A stretch of DNA of 52,824 nucleotides. It comes from a virus. Taxonomy: Duplodnaviria > Caudoviricetes. The stretch covers positions 1-52,824 of the IMG/VR virus record IMGVR_UViG_3300031576_000058; one strand, 5' to 3'. Positions 9,148 through 17,953 of the stretch are shown in pieces; position 1 is the stretch's first letter, and the number at the start of each line of letters is the position of its first letter. The position numbers and the translations under genes are program-made. The notes under the pieces were generated by a model. It was not told the origin of the DNA. It did not search any database and saw only the letters and a program-made list of their open reading frames with translations.

Positions 9148-9315
9148 TCACACAGTATCGGTCATCGTTCCCCCATGACTCACAATCCACAGCTGTTTCA
9201 ACAGTTCCTTACCTACCACCCGTAGGGCTCTGTTGTGCGCATGACCCTTGACGCCTCGCTCATCACTGGGTTGGCCCTCAAGCATCGTCTGGGCTGAGGC
9301 GTCATAGACCTCTCC
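9148..9315 (-). pseudogene. Possible C-terminal fragment of an IS110/IS116-like phage protein
   Basis: EVYD...KGHAHNRALRVVGKELLKQLW, preceded by an in-frame TAG. Confidence 0.35.
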
Positions 9316-9385
9316 CTATCCACCTCGGCTCACACTTCGGGCAAACGGGTTTCCCCTGCCCCCTGCTCAAACACGCTCTGATCCA

Positions 9386-9646
9386 TCATTCACCCCGCTC
9401 TCCGTCAGTCCCAGCCATCCCCGTCTCCACCCGAGCCACCACCAGATGTTCCTCGCTCCCACACTTCCCACAGACCACGCGCTCCGCTTCGGTCTTCAGG
9501 GCTCTACGCGCTAGATGCCCCCGGATCAGGGACAGGGATATCTTCCCCGTCCATGCCCCGCCTGGCAGGTTAAAGTCCAGCCGGGAGGCCCTTTGCCCGT
9601 TCGGCGGACTCACCGTGATCGAGACCCGCGTGGTCTGCTCCCCCAT
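9386..9646 (-). CDS. Small protein with CxxC
   Basis: 86 aa, RBS GGAGG, WTGKISLSLIRG and CGKC. Confidence 0.6.
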   Translation of the reverse strand: MGEQTTRVSITVSPPNGQRASRLDFNLPGGAWTGKISLSLIRGHLARRALKTEAERVVCGKCGSEEHLVVARVETGMAGTDGERGE

Positions 9647-9653
9647 GGGCCTC

Positions 9654-9980
9654 CTAGTGCCACCAGCCGTCGTGGGCCGGCAACCAGACCCGCCCGCGCG
9701 CCGCCGTCTTCGGGTGGAACACGAACATGCTGACCATCTTGACGCCAGTTTCCCGGGTCACCTCAGGCTCCACCGGCATCGGGATGATGAGCATACTGTC
9801 TCCCCCCCGGAAGGTGAGCCGGGTGACGCTATAGCCTTCGTCGGTTTGCGCCCCAGACTCGACATTGGCGATCTCTTGCCCCACCAAGAACTCGCGGAGG
9901 TCCTTGTTGATCGGGGCCGCATCCCTGACCCGCCATCCCTGGCTCAGGGATCGCATGACCTTCTGGATCAGGTTCGCCAC
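9654..9980 (-). CDS. Hypothetical protein
   Basis: 108 aa, GTG start with GGAGGAG RBS. Confidence 0.6.
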   Translation of the reverse strand: MANLIQKVMRSLSQGWRVRDAAPINKDLREFLVGQEIANVESGAQTDEGYSVTRLTFRGGDSMLIIPMPVEPEVTRETGVKMVSMFVFHPKTAARGRVWLPAHDGWWH

Positions 9981-9982
9981 CG

Positions 9983-10243
9983 CTACTCCTCCTCAGATGC
10001 AGGGGCAGCCCTCTCCTCCAGTGCTTTGATCCGGCCCTCGAGTTCCTTCACCCGAGCCTTCCCTTCCTGCTCTAAGGCCACCAGCTCCCGGACCGCCTCC
10101 TCAGAGACGGTCCCACGGTCTAGGACATCCTGCGGGACTCGAAAATGGCTCCCGAAGGCCTCGACCACGATATTGCTCGCATCCTTGGTCTCGACGACGG
10201 TGGCCGGCACGTAGATCCGGGCACCCTGCTCTATTTTCGGCAT
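9983..10243 (-). CDS. Hypothetical protein with C-terminal coiled coil
   Basis: 86 aa, strong RBS. Confidence 0.65.
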   Translation of the reverse strand: MPKIEQGARIYVPATVVETKDASNIVVEAFGSHFRVPQDVLDRGTVSEEAVRELVALEQEGKARVKELEGRIKALEERAAPASEEE

Positions 10244-10268
10244 CTCCCCTCCTCTCTCTCGTTCCGAC

Positions 10269-10547
10269 CTAGATCCGGTTCACCACCGTCTCGATCCGGG
10301 TCTTGAGATCCCGGAGCAGACCCCCGCAATCCACCGCCTCCCTCAGGAGCGGGTTGTCGGGCCTATCAACCTTGCCTGCCTCAGATCGTGGGTCCTTATT
10401 CCCGAACAGGCGATCCTCTAAAGCGGTTACGAGTTCGTGGCATTTCTGGGCTAAATCGACCGATTCCCGCACATGCTGGGTGATTGGCGTTTCCAAGGTC
10501 CTGGGGGCCTGTCCGTGACTGGCCTGGGTATATCCTTGGTCTCTCAT
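10269..10547 (-). CDS. Hypothetical helical protein
   Basis: 92 aa, strong RBS. Confidence 0.6.
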   Translation of the reverse strand: MRDQGYTQASHGQAPRTLETPITQHVRESVDLAQKCHELVTALEDRLFGNKDPRSEAGKVDRPDNPLLREAVDCGGLLRDLKTRIETVVNRI

Positions 10548-10562
10548 CGCTTACCCTCCTCC

Positions 10563-10823
10563 CTACCGTTTGCGTTTCGGCAGCCCCCGCCGGCGCGCGC
10601 CAGCGAACTCCTCGAGTTGCGCCTCGGTCATACCCGTCTTGGTCTTCTTGCCCGCACGTTTCCGGGCCAAGTCTGCGCCCATGAACCCCGCTTGGGCTTG
10701 ACTCACGGCCGGATCCGTCATGGTGATTCGGGCCCCCGGTATGGAGTCTATCCCGAAGGCGCGAAGCTGCTCCCCCGGATCTTCCTTGACCTTCCCCGGG
10801 CGCTCCCATTTGATGCGACCCAT
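10563..10823 (-). CDS. Small basic phage protein
   Basis: QAGFMGADLARKRAG...EAQLEEFA. Confidence 0.6.
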   Translation of the reverse strand: MGRIKWERPGKVKEDPGEQLRAFGIDSIPGARITMTDPAVSQAQAGFMGADLARKRAGKKTKTGMTEAQLEEFAGARRRGLPKRKR

Positions 10824-10833
10824 CGCTAGCCCC

Positions 10834-11058
10834 CTACTGAACCACGGCCGGCAACCCGATCCAGAGCCGCACCAACAGATAACCCAAGGCTGCCGCCTCT
10901 ACCAGCGTAATCCAGATCAGGACCCGGTACGTGACTGGCGCCTCAAGATTCCACTCGGCCTTCCTCAGCCCCAGGAGGGCAAGCACCAGTTTCACAACGA
11001 CTACCAGCCCGAGGGTCAGGACCGACAGCTTTGGGAAGCCTTTCTTTTCCTCGCCCAT
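10834..11058 (-). CDS. Two-TM membrane protein
   Basis: Two hydrophobic helices, RBS GGAGGAG. Confidence 0.6.
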   Translation of the reverse strand: MGEEKKGFPKLSVLTLGLVVVVKLVLALLGLRKAEWNLEAPVTYRVLIWITLVEAAALGYLLVRLWIGLPAVVQ

Positions 11059-11171
11059 ACTCCTCCTCCGGAAGATGCTTCAGCGAGTACCAGATCAGCG
11101 AAAACGTCCCGGCATACAAAAACACCATGACGCCGAGCAAGACGAGGACCACGATCAGCGATTCCATGACT

Positions 11172-12311
11172 CTATCTGCCCGCCCAACACGCCCGGATCC
11201 GTGCCGCCGCAAACAGGACAATCATGGCCTGCGCCGGCCAATGGAACAGGTTGGTCAGCCACATCGCCACCCCGGCCATCAGGACTACCATGCCCCAGGC
11301 CTGCTGGATCCGGTCATCACTCTGGACCGCGACGGTCGCATCGAGAAGGCACCGTGCCGCAAAGAGGCCCCACACAATCACCCCGATCAGCCCGAGCTCG
11401 AAGAGCACTTGGAGCGGCTCGTTGAACGCCTCCGTAAACACGGCGGACGAGGCCCCATAGGTCTGCACCATCACGCCCTCGGGCCACAACACCCAGTTGC
11501 GCCACATCCCCGGGCCGATCCCGGTCCAGGGAGCGACCGTCCACCACTCGGAGAGCCCCAGGACCCACGGGCGAACTCGGCCCCCCAAAGTCAGGGTACT
11601 GGACCAATCGCGGACCAGCAGGATCCCCGCGAGCATCCCGACCCCACTGACCGCGACGAGTTGTCGAGAGCGGCCGCGCATCCAGATCACGAACAAGGGG
11701 ATCAGTGAGACGAGGACTGGTAGCCGAGACCTCGAGGAGAAGATCAGGGCGTACCAAACGACCGTAAAATATAGTATTTGCGCGCCGTTGAGCCGTTCGC
11801 CCAGGAGGGCCCACGCCACCGGGTAGGCCATGGCCAGGTAGAGGCCCCAATAGTTCGGATGGGAGAGGAGCCCAACGGGCCAATACATGAAACCCTCCTT
11901 GACGATCAGGCCAGGGTAGATCCCGACGATGTTCAGGACGCCAAGGACGGCATTCACACCAGCGGCAAGGAGGATGCCGTGGGCAACCATACGCTCGGTC
12001 GATGACTTCATCTCGAGAGCAAGGCCGTACAGGATCGCCGACAGCACGAGCAGGCCCAGGACCTCGATGGACCGCGGCGGCAGTCCGAGCAGGATCGCTT
12101 TCACGGCTGACCAGACAACGGGGAGGCAGAGCCAGGGTTCGATCCGCCACAGAAAGAGGGCGAGGGCGATGCCTCCGAAGAGCCACAGCAAGACGAGGGG
12201 AAGGTGCTGGAGCGGGTCGAAGTTGAGGCTGAAGCTGATGGGGAGCGGGAGGGCCGAGGTGACTATCAGCCCCGCCCACATCGCCGAGCTGTAGGACCAT
12301 CGACGCCACAT
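11172..12311 (-). CDS. O-antigen ligase/O-oligosaccharyltransferase-like (Wzy_C) polytopic membrane protein
   Basis: About 10 TM; GLLSHPNY, SRSR, GRVRPW, PWTGIGPG, EAFNEPLQVLFELGLIG. Confidence 0.8.
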   Translation of the reverse strand: MWRRWSYSSAMWAGLIVTSALPLPISFSLNFDPLQHLPLVLLWLFGGIALALFLWRIEPWLCLPVVWSAVKAILLGLPPRSIEVLGLLVLSAILYGLALEMKSSTERMVAHGILLAAGVNAVLGVLNIVGIYPGLIVKEGFMYWPVGLLSHPNYWGLYLAMAYPVAWALLGERLNGAQILYFTVVWYALIFSSRSRLPVLVSLIPLFVIWMRGRSRQLVAVSGVGMLAGILLVRDWSSTLTLGGRVRPWVLGLSEWWTVAPWTGIGPGMWRNWVLWPEGVMVQTYGASSAVFTEAFNEPLQVLFELGLIGVIVWGLFAARCLLDATVAVQSDDRIQQAWGMVVLMAGVAMWLTNLFHWPAQAMIVLFAAARIRACWAGR

Positions 12312-12318
12312 CCGACAC

Positions 12319-13035
12319 CTAGTAGTTCAGGCTTTCCAGAAAAAAGACGTATCCGTACCCGCTAATCGTATGGCCCGCCCCCGTCGAATACTGGACGATC
12401 TGGTGCGTCGAGACAAAGATATCGGTCGTGTTGCAGTTGGCCGGCCCGACCGAGCTGTGGCCGATGTTGCTGCAAATCCCGCTCGCGGTGCCGAGTTTCA
12501 ACTGGACGTTGACGCCTCCCGACCCGGTGGCCGTTCCCACGACCTTCTCGACCACGGCATCGATGACGAGAGCCCCGACCGGGATGGTGGCGGCCGTATC
12601 GGTCAATGACAGATTGGTGCTGAAGGGAAAGACCGCCACCTTCATCCCGTGCTGGCGCGGCACGTTGACCAGCTTCACCCCACCCGGGGTGACGTTCTCG
12701 ACGCGGATCCTGGCACCGAAGTAGGGCCCCGAATCAACCCAGGCGATGACATCCACGGCCGTCACGGTGTCGGCCATCCACCAGTCGCAGACGCCGTTGG
12801 AATCCGTGGTGGGCGGGTTGGTCTTTGTGGTCGTAAGCGTAAACTCGCTGTAGATGGTCGGTTCGGTGTTCAGGTTGGCGGTAACCACCCGGCATCGGCC
12901 CGTAGTAATCGCTGACCCGTCATCCCCGCGTAACTGCAGCCAGAAGCGGTTCGAGCCGGCCTCTGAGACGGGGACGAGTAACAGGCTGAGTGCCAACACG
13001 CCTACGAGGATCATCAGACTACGGATTCGCTCCAT
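12319..13035 (-). CDS. Secreted Ser/Thr-rich protein with a virion head-binding-like N domain
   Basis: Start MERIR with RBS GGAGG; signal peptide ending VSEA; PTIYS...NPPTTDSNG.C.WW. Confidence 0.7.
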   Translation of the reverse strand: MERIRSLMILVGVLALSLLLVPVSEAGSNRFWLQLRGDDGSAITTGRCRVVTANLNTEPTIYSEFTLTTTKTNPPTTDSNGVCDWWMADTVTAVDVIAWVDSGPYFGARIRVENVTPGGVKLVNVPRQHGMKVAVFPFSTNLSLTDTAATIPVGALVIDAVVEKVVGTATGSGGVNVQLKLGTASGICSNIGHSSVGPANCNTTDIFVSTHQIVQYSTGAGHTISGYGYVFFLESLNY

Positions 13036-13093
13036 CGGTCTTCCTCCCTCCGCGTTCTTGTTATGAGCGCCAAAGCTCCTCCTTACGCGAACA

Positions 13094-13122
13094 TGATGGC
13101 GGCGAGGCGAAGGCTTTGTCAA
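13094..13122 (-). promoter_or_regulatory. Possible sigma70 promoter for the secreted protein/Wzy_C pair
   Basis: TTGACA at 13122-13117; weak -10. Confidence 0.35.
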
Positions 13123-13130
13123 GGGATTTT

Positions 13131-13292
13131 TCAGCGGCTGACTTCTCGCTCCCGGCTTTTGGCCTGGCATTGGTCGCACAGCTCCCCGAAGGTTGGCTTG
13201 AACCGGATCAGGAAGTAGCCCCGCTTCGGCCACTGCGAGCAACTCCGGACCCAGTGCCATGCATCCGAATCCTTCCTTCTGCGGTAGGTCAT
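13131..13292 (-). CDS. Small His/Cys protein
   Basis: MTYRRRKDSDAWHW..C..WP...LCDQC; ATGA coupling. Confidence 0.55.
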   Translation of the reverse strand: MTYRRRKDSDAWHWVRSCSQWPKRGYFLIRFKPTFGELCDQCQAKSREREVSR

Positions 13293-13717
13293 TCTTTGCC
13301 TCCTGCCATCTCCGGCCTTGGGAACACGGCCATGCGATGCCACAGGGCTCCGTCTTTATTGAGCCAGCCCCTCATGACATATTTCGAGAGCCGATCTCGC
13401 AGCGCGTGTCGGGTCATCGCCAGTTCCTGGGAGGACAAATTGATATCCCATCCATGCTTCTCACAGACCGCAACCGTGTGAATGGCCAACCGATAGGAGG
13501 CCTGGGTACGCGGCGACACCGTGCTGGCCGGTAGGGGCGCGACGCGCATCTGTCTTTCCATGGCGAGTCTATCGGCCGTCATCAGGCTGTGCATCCCTGA
13601 CACCCGCACACTACCTACGGACTCATAGAGCTTCACGATCTGGACAAAGGCATCGAAATCTGACGGTCGGCTGAGGTCGAAATCCAGCGTGAGACTGATG
13701 GGACGGGGTCGCCTCAT
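13289..13717 (-). CDS. Putative winged-helix DNA-binding protein
   Basis: SQELAMTRHALRDRLSKYVMRGWL; ATGA overlap. Confidence 0.5.
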   Translation of the reverse strand: MRRPRPISLTLDFDLSRPSDFDAFVQIVKLYESVGSVRVSGMHSLMTADRLAMERQMRVAPLPASTVSPRTQASYRLAIHTVAVCEKHGWDINLSSQELAMTRHALRDRLSKYVMRGWLNKDGALWHRMAVFPRPEMAGGKE

Positions 13718-14097
13718 GGACTCCTCACGACCACCCCTATTGCAATCAAGGCGTCGCTCAGATTGCGCCCGTCGGCCAGGGTCACCTCTGCCACCCACCG
13801 CCCAAAGGAATCTCGGCTACACACCTTCGCCAGCAGCCACCGCTCTGGTCGAAGCAGGTTGATGAGGGTGTTCGTAGCCTCCGCATGGCCGTCGTGCCCC
13901 CTTTCCGGGGCGTCGATCCGGGCGAGGCGAATCCGGCGGGTCGCCACCAAGTCGAAGTCCATCAGCACGGTCGCCACGAAAGTATCGCCATCAATGATCC
14001 GATCCAACTTGATCTGGTGGGTGAAGCACTGCCCCACCGCAGCATGGGCGAGCAGGACGGACCAAAGGATCCACAGGACCACCAGGCGGACGATCAT
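13714..14097 (-). CDS. Secreted thermonuclease (SNase family)
   Basis: IDGDT, IRLARIDAPE, DSFGR; signal peptide. Confidence 0.88.
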   Translation of the reverse strand: MIVRLVVLWILWSVLLAHAAVGQCFTHQIKLDRIIDGDTFVATVLMDFDLVATRRIRLARIDAPERGHDGHAEATNTLINLLRPERWLLAKVCSRDSFGRWVAEVTLADGRNLSDALIAIGVVVRSP

Positions 14098-14302
14098 GGC
14101 TTGCCTCGGGCGCGGATGGCAGCGGCAAGTTTTCTACCTACTGAGTAGTAACTTTTATTGGAAAAAAGAGTCTCTGCCACCTTCGCACACGCCTCCCGCT
14201 CCTCCTCAACGGCGGCACGGATGGCTACCACAATTGCCTATTTCAACCTTGGTGCATGTAGCCCCCAGTTATCAATTGTTTTTTGTGCTCTTTCCTCTGG
14301 CG

Positions 14303-14701
14303 TCATCGCTTGTGCCACTCCTGCTTCATGTAGTCGGCAACAGCTTCGGCTATCGTATCGTCTGTCGCTTCATTGGCCATCGAGGCATTGATTATGTTGG
14401 TCAAGTCAGCTACCCACCGCTCGTACCGATTCTCTATCACCGTATCCCTCGTCGGACGTGTAGGGTCATTCTGCCAGCCGCCAGGGCGAGCGAGGGCTTC
14501 TGCTCTCCCAAATGATGCCTCTTCTTCAGCGGTTAGGAGAGAACATTGATCTGGAGTCAGTAGCCTCGTTGATGCTCTCCATACTACTGTAAGGTCAGCT
14601 TTGAGGGCGGCGACCTGTTGGACGTAACACTCTTCATCGTGTTTCACTACCCCTTCGCTATCTATTTCAAGTACGCATCCAGGGCACCCTGGCGATTTCA
14701 T
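14303..14701 (-). CDS. Hypothetical protein
   Basis: 132 aa, RBS GGAGG. Confidence 0.55.
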   Translation of the reverse strand: MKSPGCPGCVLEIDSEGVVKHDEECYVQQVAALKADLTVVWRASTRLLTPDQCSLLTAEEEASFGRAEALARPGGWQNDPTRPTRDTVIENRYERWVADLTNIINASMANEATDDTIAEAVADYMKQEWHKR

Positions 14702-14747
14702 GCTTCCTCCAACAGTCTTTGAGTTTACGCTCTGCTATAGACGGCGA

Positions 14748-15067
14748 TCATCGCCCCCACCCTTTTAATCTTAATCGCTCCCTAAATGCTCTGTGGCTTC
14801 TACTTAATCGACGCACATCGTTATCGTTTTTAGCTCCATCATACCCCCCCACCACGCAACTCGAAGTTCGGGGTCCGTGTGGGGGTTGTCGTCACGAGAC
14901 TTGCTGTGCATGAAGGCGGCCACCCCATCAACGGAGGCTTGGTCGATGCCGTGCAACCGCCGCACTTCGTCTATAAGGTTTTAAACCATTAGACGTTGAA
15001 GCGGGCGATCATAGAGCAAACCCTCCCGAAGTTCCTGCTCAATCTGCTTAATGTCAGCATCGGTCAT
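14748..15067 (-). pseudogene. Disrupted gene with an Rmf-like motif
   Basis: In-frame TAA at 14981-14983 and apparent frameshift at G7 (14844-14850); G..AF...NP...R.AW..GY. Confidence 0.4.
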
Positions 15068-15405
15068 GGCTCATCATCTCCAATTTCGTCAAGCATAACT
15101 GCATCGTAAGTAGAATAGCAGTCATCGCACACTCGCCCCTCTTGTGGCGTGCATTGCTTATCGCAATGGATGCACTTCATGGATTAACCTCAGGTATGGA
15201 TGGTCCATCCCACCAATGGACGCAATGAATCTTGTCCTCCCGTGCGTGGCACTCAGTCTCCGCGGTTCCATCGTAACCGCAAGAGCAACACACACCGCCG
15301 GTCATGGCTGCCCCCTTCCCCACTCATCACCTTCGGCATAACAAGACCAGCAGATATCAGGCACAATACTGAATACCTCTACTTCTTCTCCGCACGCCTT
15401 GCAAA

Positions 15406-15825
15406 TCATAAGTCGCATGGCTGCTCTACTGAGCAGTCATGGCTCACTCCTTGCCGGATGCCTCCGATTCCTCTGCTGTGCATCGTTCGTTTGGCTGCGG
15501 CAAAGACAGAAGTGTGTATCTTGTGACTATACACCCACGGAAAGGACAGATGGTCGGGTTGAGTTGGAAGATAGAATCGAAACCCATAGGGTGACTTTTC
15601 CCAATGGAACCCCCGCTTTTCCATCGCCTCCACAACGAGGCCGATGCCATGCCAAGATTGAAGATCGCCACCGAAGTAACCTCTACCGCTTTCGTCATGC
15701 CATAGATGTTTAGAGGTTGGATACTTCGCGGGTTCCCACCCCAGTAACTCCTCAGCCACCCACTTGAGCAGGTCAAGGTCAGTCATCGCCCCACCTTCGT
15801 TATGAACCACAAAACACCTATGCAC
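15406..15825 (-). CDS. Phage ABA-sandwich/NinX-like protein (likely start MTDLD)
   Basis: VAEELLGW...SWHGIGLVVEAM. Confidence 0.45.
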   Translation of the reverse strand: MHRCFVVHNEGGAMTDLDLLKWVAEELLGWEPAKYPTSKHLWHDESGRGYFGGDLQSWHGIGLVVEAMEKRGFHWEKSPYGFRFYLPTQPDHLSFPWVYSHKIHTSVFAAAKRTMHSRGIGGIRQGVSHDCSVEQPCDL

Positions 15826-16410
15826 ATTAGGAGGATTGTCAATATAGGGGTATCAGTATTTATTGTCATGACTTATCCCCCTACGCTGCCGGATGCCCCT
15901 GATCCTTCCGTTGCGCCCGCCAGCGGACCCACCGCGCGAGTAGATGGGCGATTAGATAGAACGTCACGGCCCCAACGATGCCGCCAACGGTACCCTCGAT
16001 AACGTGGCCGAGGAGGGTGGAGTCGGTCACGGATTCTGCAAACTCATCGGTAACATTGGTTGCTCTTTCCCACATTTACAACAGACCCATACTATAGTTT
16101 TAGACGCTGCTGAACTACTGGGCACGGATGCCATGCGTGTTTTGCAATAACAATGGAATCCTGTGTCTAGAACCGGGCAAAGTTCAGAATCAGCCACGGC
16201 TTACTCCATCTCATCCACGATATACGGCGGGTCATCCTGAAACGCCTCCTCTGTAAAGCCCCCATCCGCCACGATGGCAAGGAGGGCGAGGATGAAGGCG
16301 AGGACGATCATGGCTTCCTCAGCAATTTAATTGAGTAAACTTTTTGATTGGCGTGAGGGCCTCCACAGGACTCACATTTCATTGCCATCCTCACTTTCAT
16401 TTATAAGGCC

Positions 16411-16547
16411 ATCCGCGCACGGGCCGGGCTTGATACCGACTTTTCTATCCAAGACCCCTGTCTGCTCTTCCAGCCTCATCACAGACAGACCTGATAGACA
16501 ATGGGGAGGCTCTCCGTGCGTGTCCTACCACGCCGCCGTGCGCGGAT
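16411..16547 (-). ncRNA. Cloverleaf-like structured RNA, copy 1
   Basis: 12-bp closing stem, GCGTG-GTAGGA-CACGC arm, CTATC/GATAG arm, GTCGG-TATCAAGC-CCGGC arm. Confidence 0.6.
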
Positions 16548-16549
16548 TT

Positions 16550-16756
16550 CTAATCCCTTATCCACAGTTCAGCATACTCCTGATCCATGTCGTCGGGCTC
16601 TCGTAGACCGAACTCAGGTCCGTACCAGAAGACGTGTTGACAGCCAGGACACTTCAGAATTACCGCCACACCACCCCTTGGGCCACTCAAGAGCCCTTCT
16701 GTATTTTTACAGAGAGGACACTGAAGTCTATTCATGTTACCAAGCTCCCCCTCCAA
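16550..16756 (-). CDS. Small zinc-ribbon protein
   Basis: CPLC...GPRGG...CPGC; lies between the two structured RNAs. Confidence 0.65.
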   Translation of the reverse strand: MEGELGNMNRLQCPLCKNTEGLLSGPRGGVAVILKCPGCQHVFWYGPEFGLREPDDMDQEYAELWIRD

Positions 16757-16762
16757 TTTTAT

Positions 16763-16946
16763 AATCCGCGCACGGGCCAGCTAGCTAGGCTGACAGTACG
16801 TCTATCCCGCTTCAGCAGCCTGATAGGCCAAGCTACTATCTGGGGCCGTGCGGACCTGCCATTACTGGCTCATCCTCACTCCTTACGGTGCCCGTAGCAC
16901 CCCAACGGATTTGACAATCCTCGGCTCACGCCGCCGTGCGCGGATT
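16763..16946 (-). ncRNA. Cloverleaf-like structured RNA, copy 2 (expanded)
   Basis: 13-bp closing stem; first 20 nt identical to copy 1; CGTG/CACG, CTATC/GATAG and GTCAGC/GCTGGC arms. Confidence 0.55.
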
Positions 16947-16953
16947 CTCATAC

Positions 16954-17337
16954 TTAGAATCCCCTCTGTCGCGCCCGGACCTCCTCGAAGTCCTTACGCA
17001 CCTTCACTGCGTGCTTGGCATGGATGATCCTCGCCAGCCTGATGGTCTCGTTGCCGAGTCTCTCTATTTCCGCCAGATCGGCAGGGTCGGCACTTGCCAG
17101 GTCGAGGGGCACGGTAGCGATCATATGCTCCCAATCCAGGCCAGCCTCCAGAACCGCGTCGGCCAGAACGTGGTCTCCCAAGATCTCCCGCGCTGTGGGC
17201 TCCGCGATCAGGGCCACCGCCTCGGCATCGGTGAGCATCTTCGCCCTGGTCTGCACGGCGGTAACTCCAGGGGGTCGGAACGCGAACGGAGGAAACTCTT
17301 CTGGCGTCTCTTTCGTGCGATCTTTTGGATAGGCCAT
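16954..17337 (-). CDS. Hypothetical protein
   Basis: 127 aa, RBS GAGGAGG. Confidence 0.65.
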   Translation of the reverse strand: MAYPKDRTKETPEEFPPFAFRPPGVTAVQTRAKMLTDAEAVALIAEPTAREILGDHVLADAVLEAGLDWEHMIATVPLDLASADPADLAEIERLGNETIRLARIIHAKHAVKVRKDFEEVRARQRGF

Positions 17338-17385
17338 GTCGTCATCCTCCTCTCGGGTTTGGCCAGGGTTCGTGCGCTGATTCTT

Positions 17386-17853
17386 TCAATCCCTTCCGTG
17401 CTTATGCCCAAACGGTCCCTTGATGTCCAGGTCGATCTTGTTGATGACGGAACCCCCCTGACTTGTCGAAACAGCCCCGGCATTGCTCGTAGCGGTCCCG
17501 CTCGCATTCACGTTCGTCGTACTCGGGCGAATGAGCGGGAAGAACGCGCCGATCGCTGCTCCCGTAATCAGGTGCTCAAAGAAGGTCTCGCTCGACGCGA
17601 TGTTCGCTTCGAGATCCTTGCAACTTTCAGCGATCTCCTCGCCCTTCTCGTTCGCACCGAGCACACACCGTTGCTGGTACGGAATCACGTAGTCGGTGCC
17701 TATGAAAAATCGTATCCCCTCGCGCCCGTAGGTCCGCACGACAACCCGTTTCCCGCCCTCAAATCCAGCCGGGATGTCCACAAACTGCGTGGTGAAGTTC
17801 GCGCACCCTGCCAGAAAGGCAATGGATAGCCACAGCATCAATAGCACGATCAT
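17386..17853 (-). CDS. Lipoprotein
   Basis: Lipobox LAGC. Confidence 0.7.
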   Translation of the reverse strand: MIVLLMLWLSIAFLAGCANFTTQFVDIPAGFEGGKRVVVRTYGREGIRFFIGTDYVIPYQQRCVLGANEKGEEIAESCKDLEANIASSETFFEHLITGAAIGAFFPLIRPSTTNVNASGTATSNAGAVSTSQGGSVINKIDLDIKGPFGHKHGRD

Positions 17854-17953
17854 TGGTCATCCTCCTTGGTGAATTGTTTGCGAAATGAGAGTCCAAGCCA
17901 GATCAGCCCGACAATGGAGCCAATGAGCCAGGCGGCGATGATGAGGGGGGCGG

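Noticed and set aside
16411-16946. CRISPR mini-array or integron attC sites
   Set aside because: Only two direct copies ~400 nt apart, each with an inverted partner. No regular spacers and no GTTRRRY/RYYYAAC cores.
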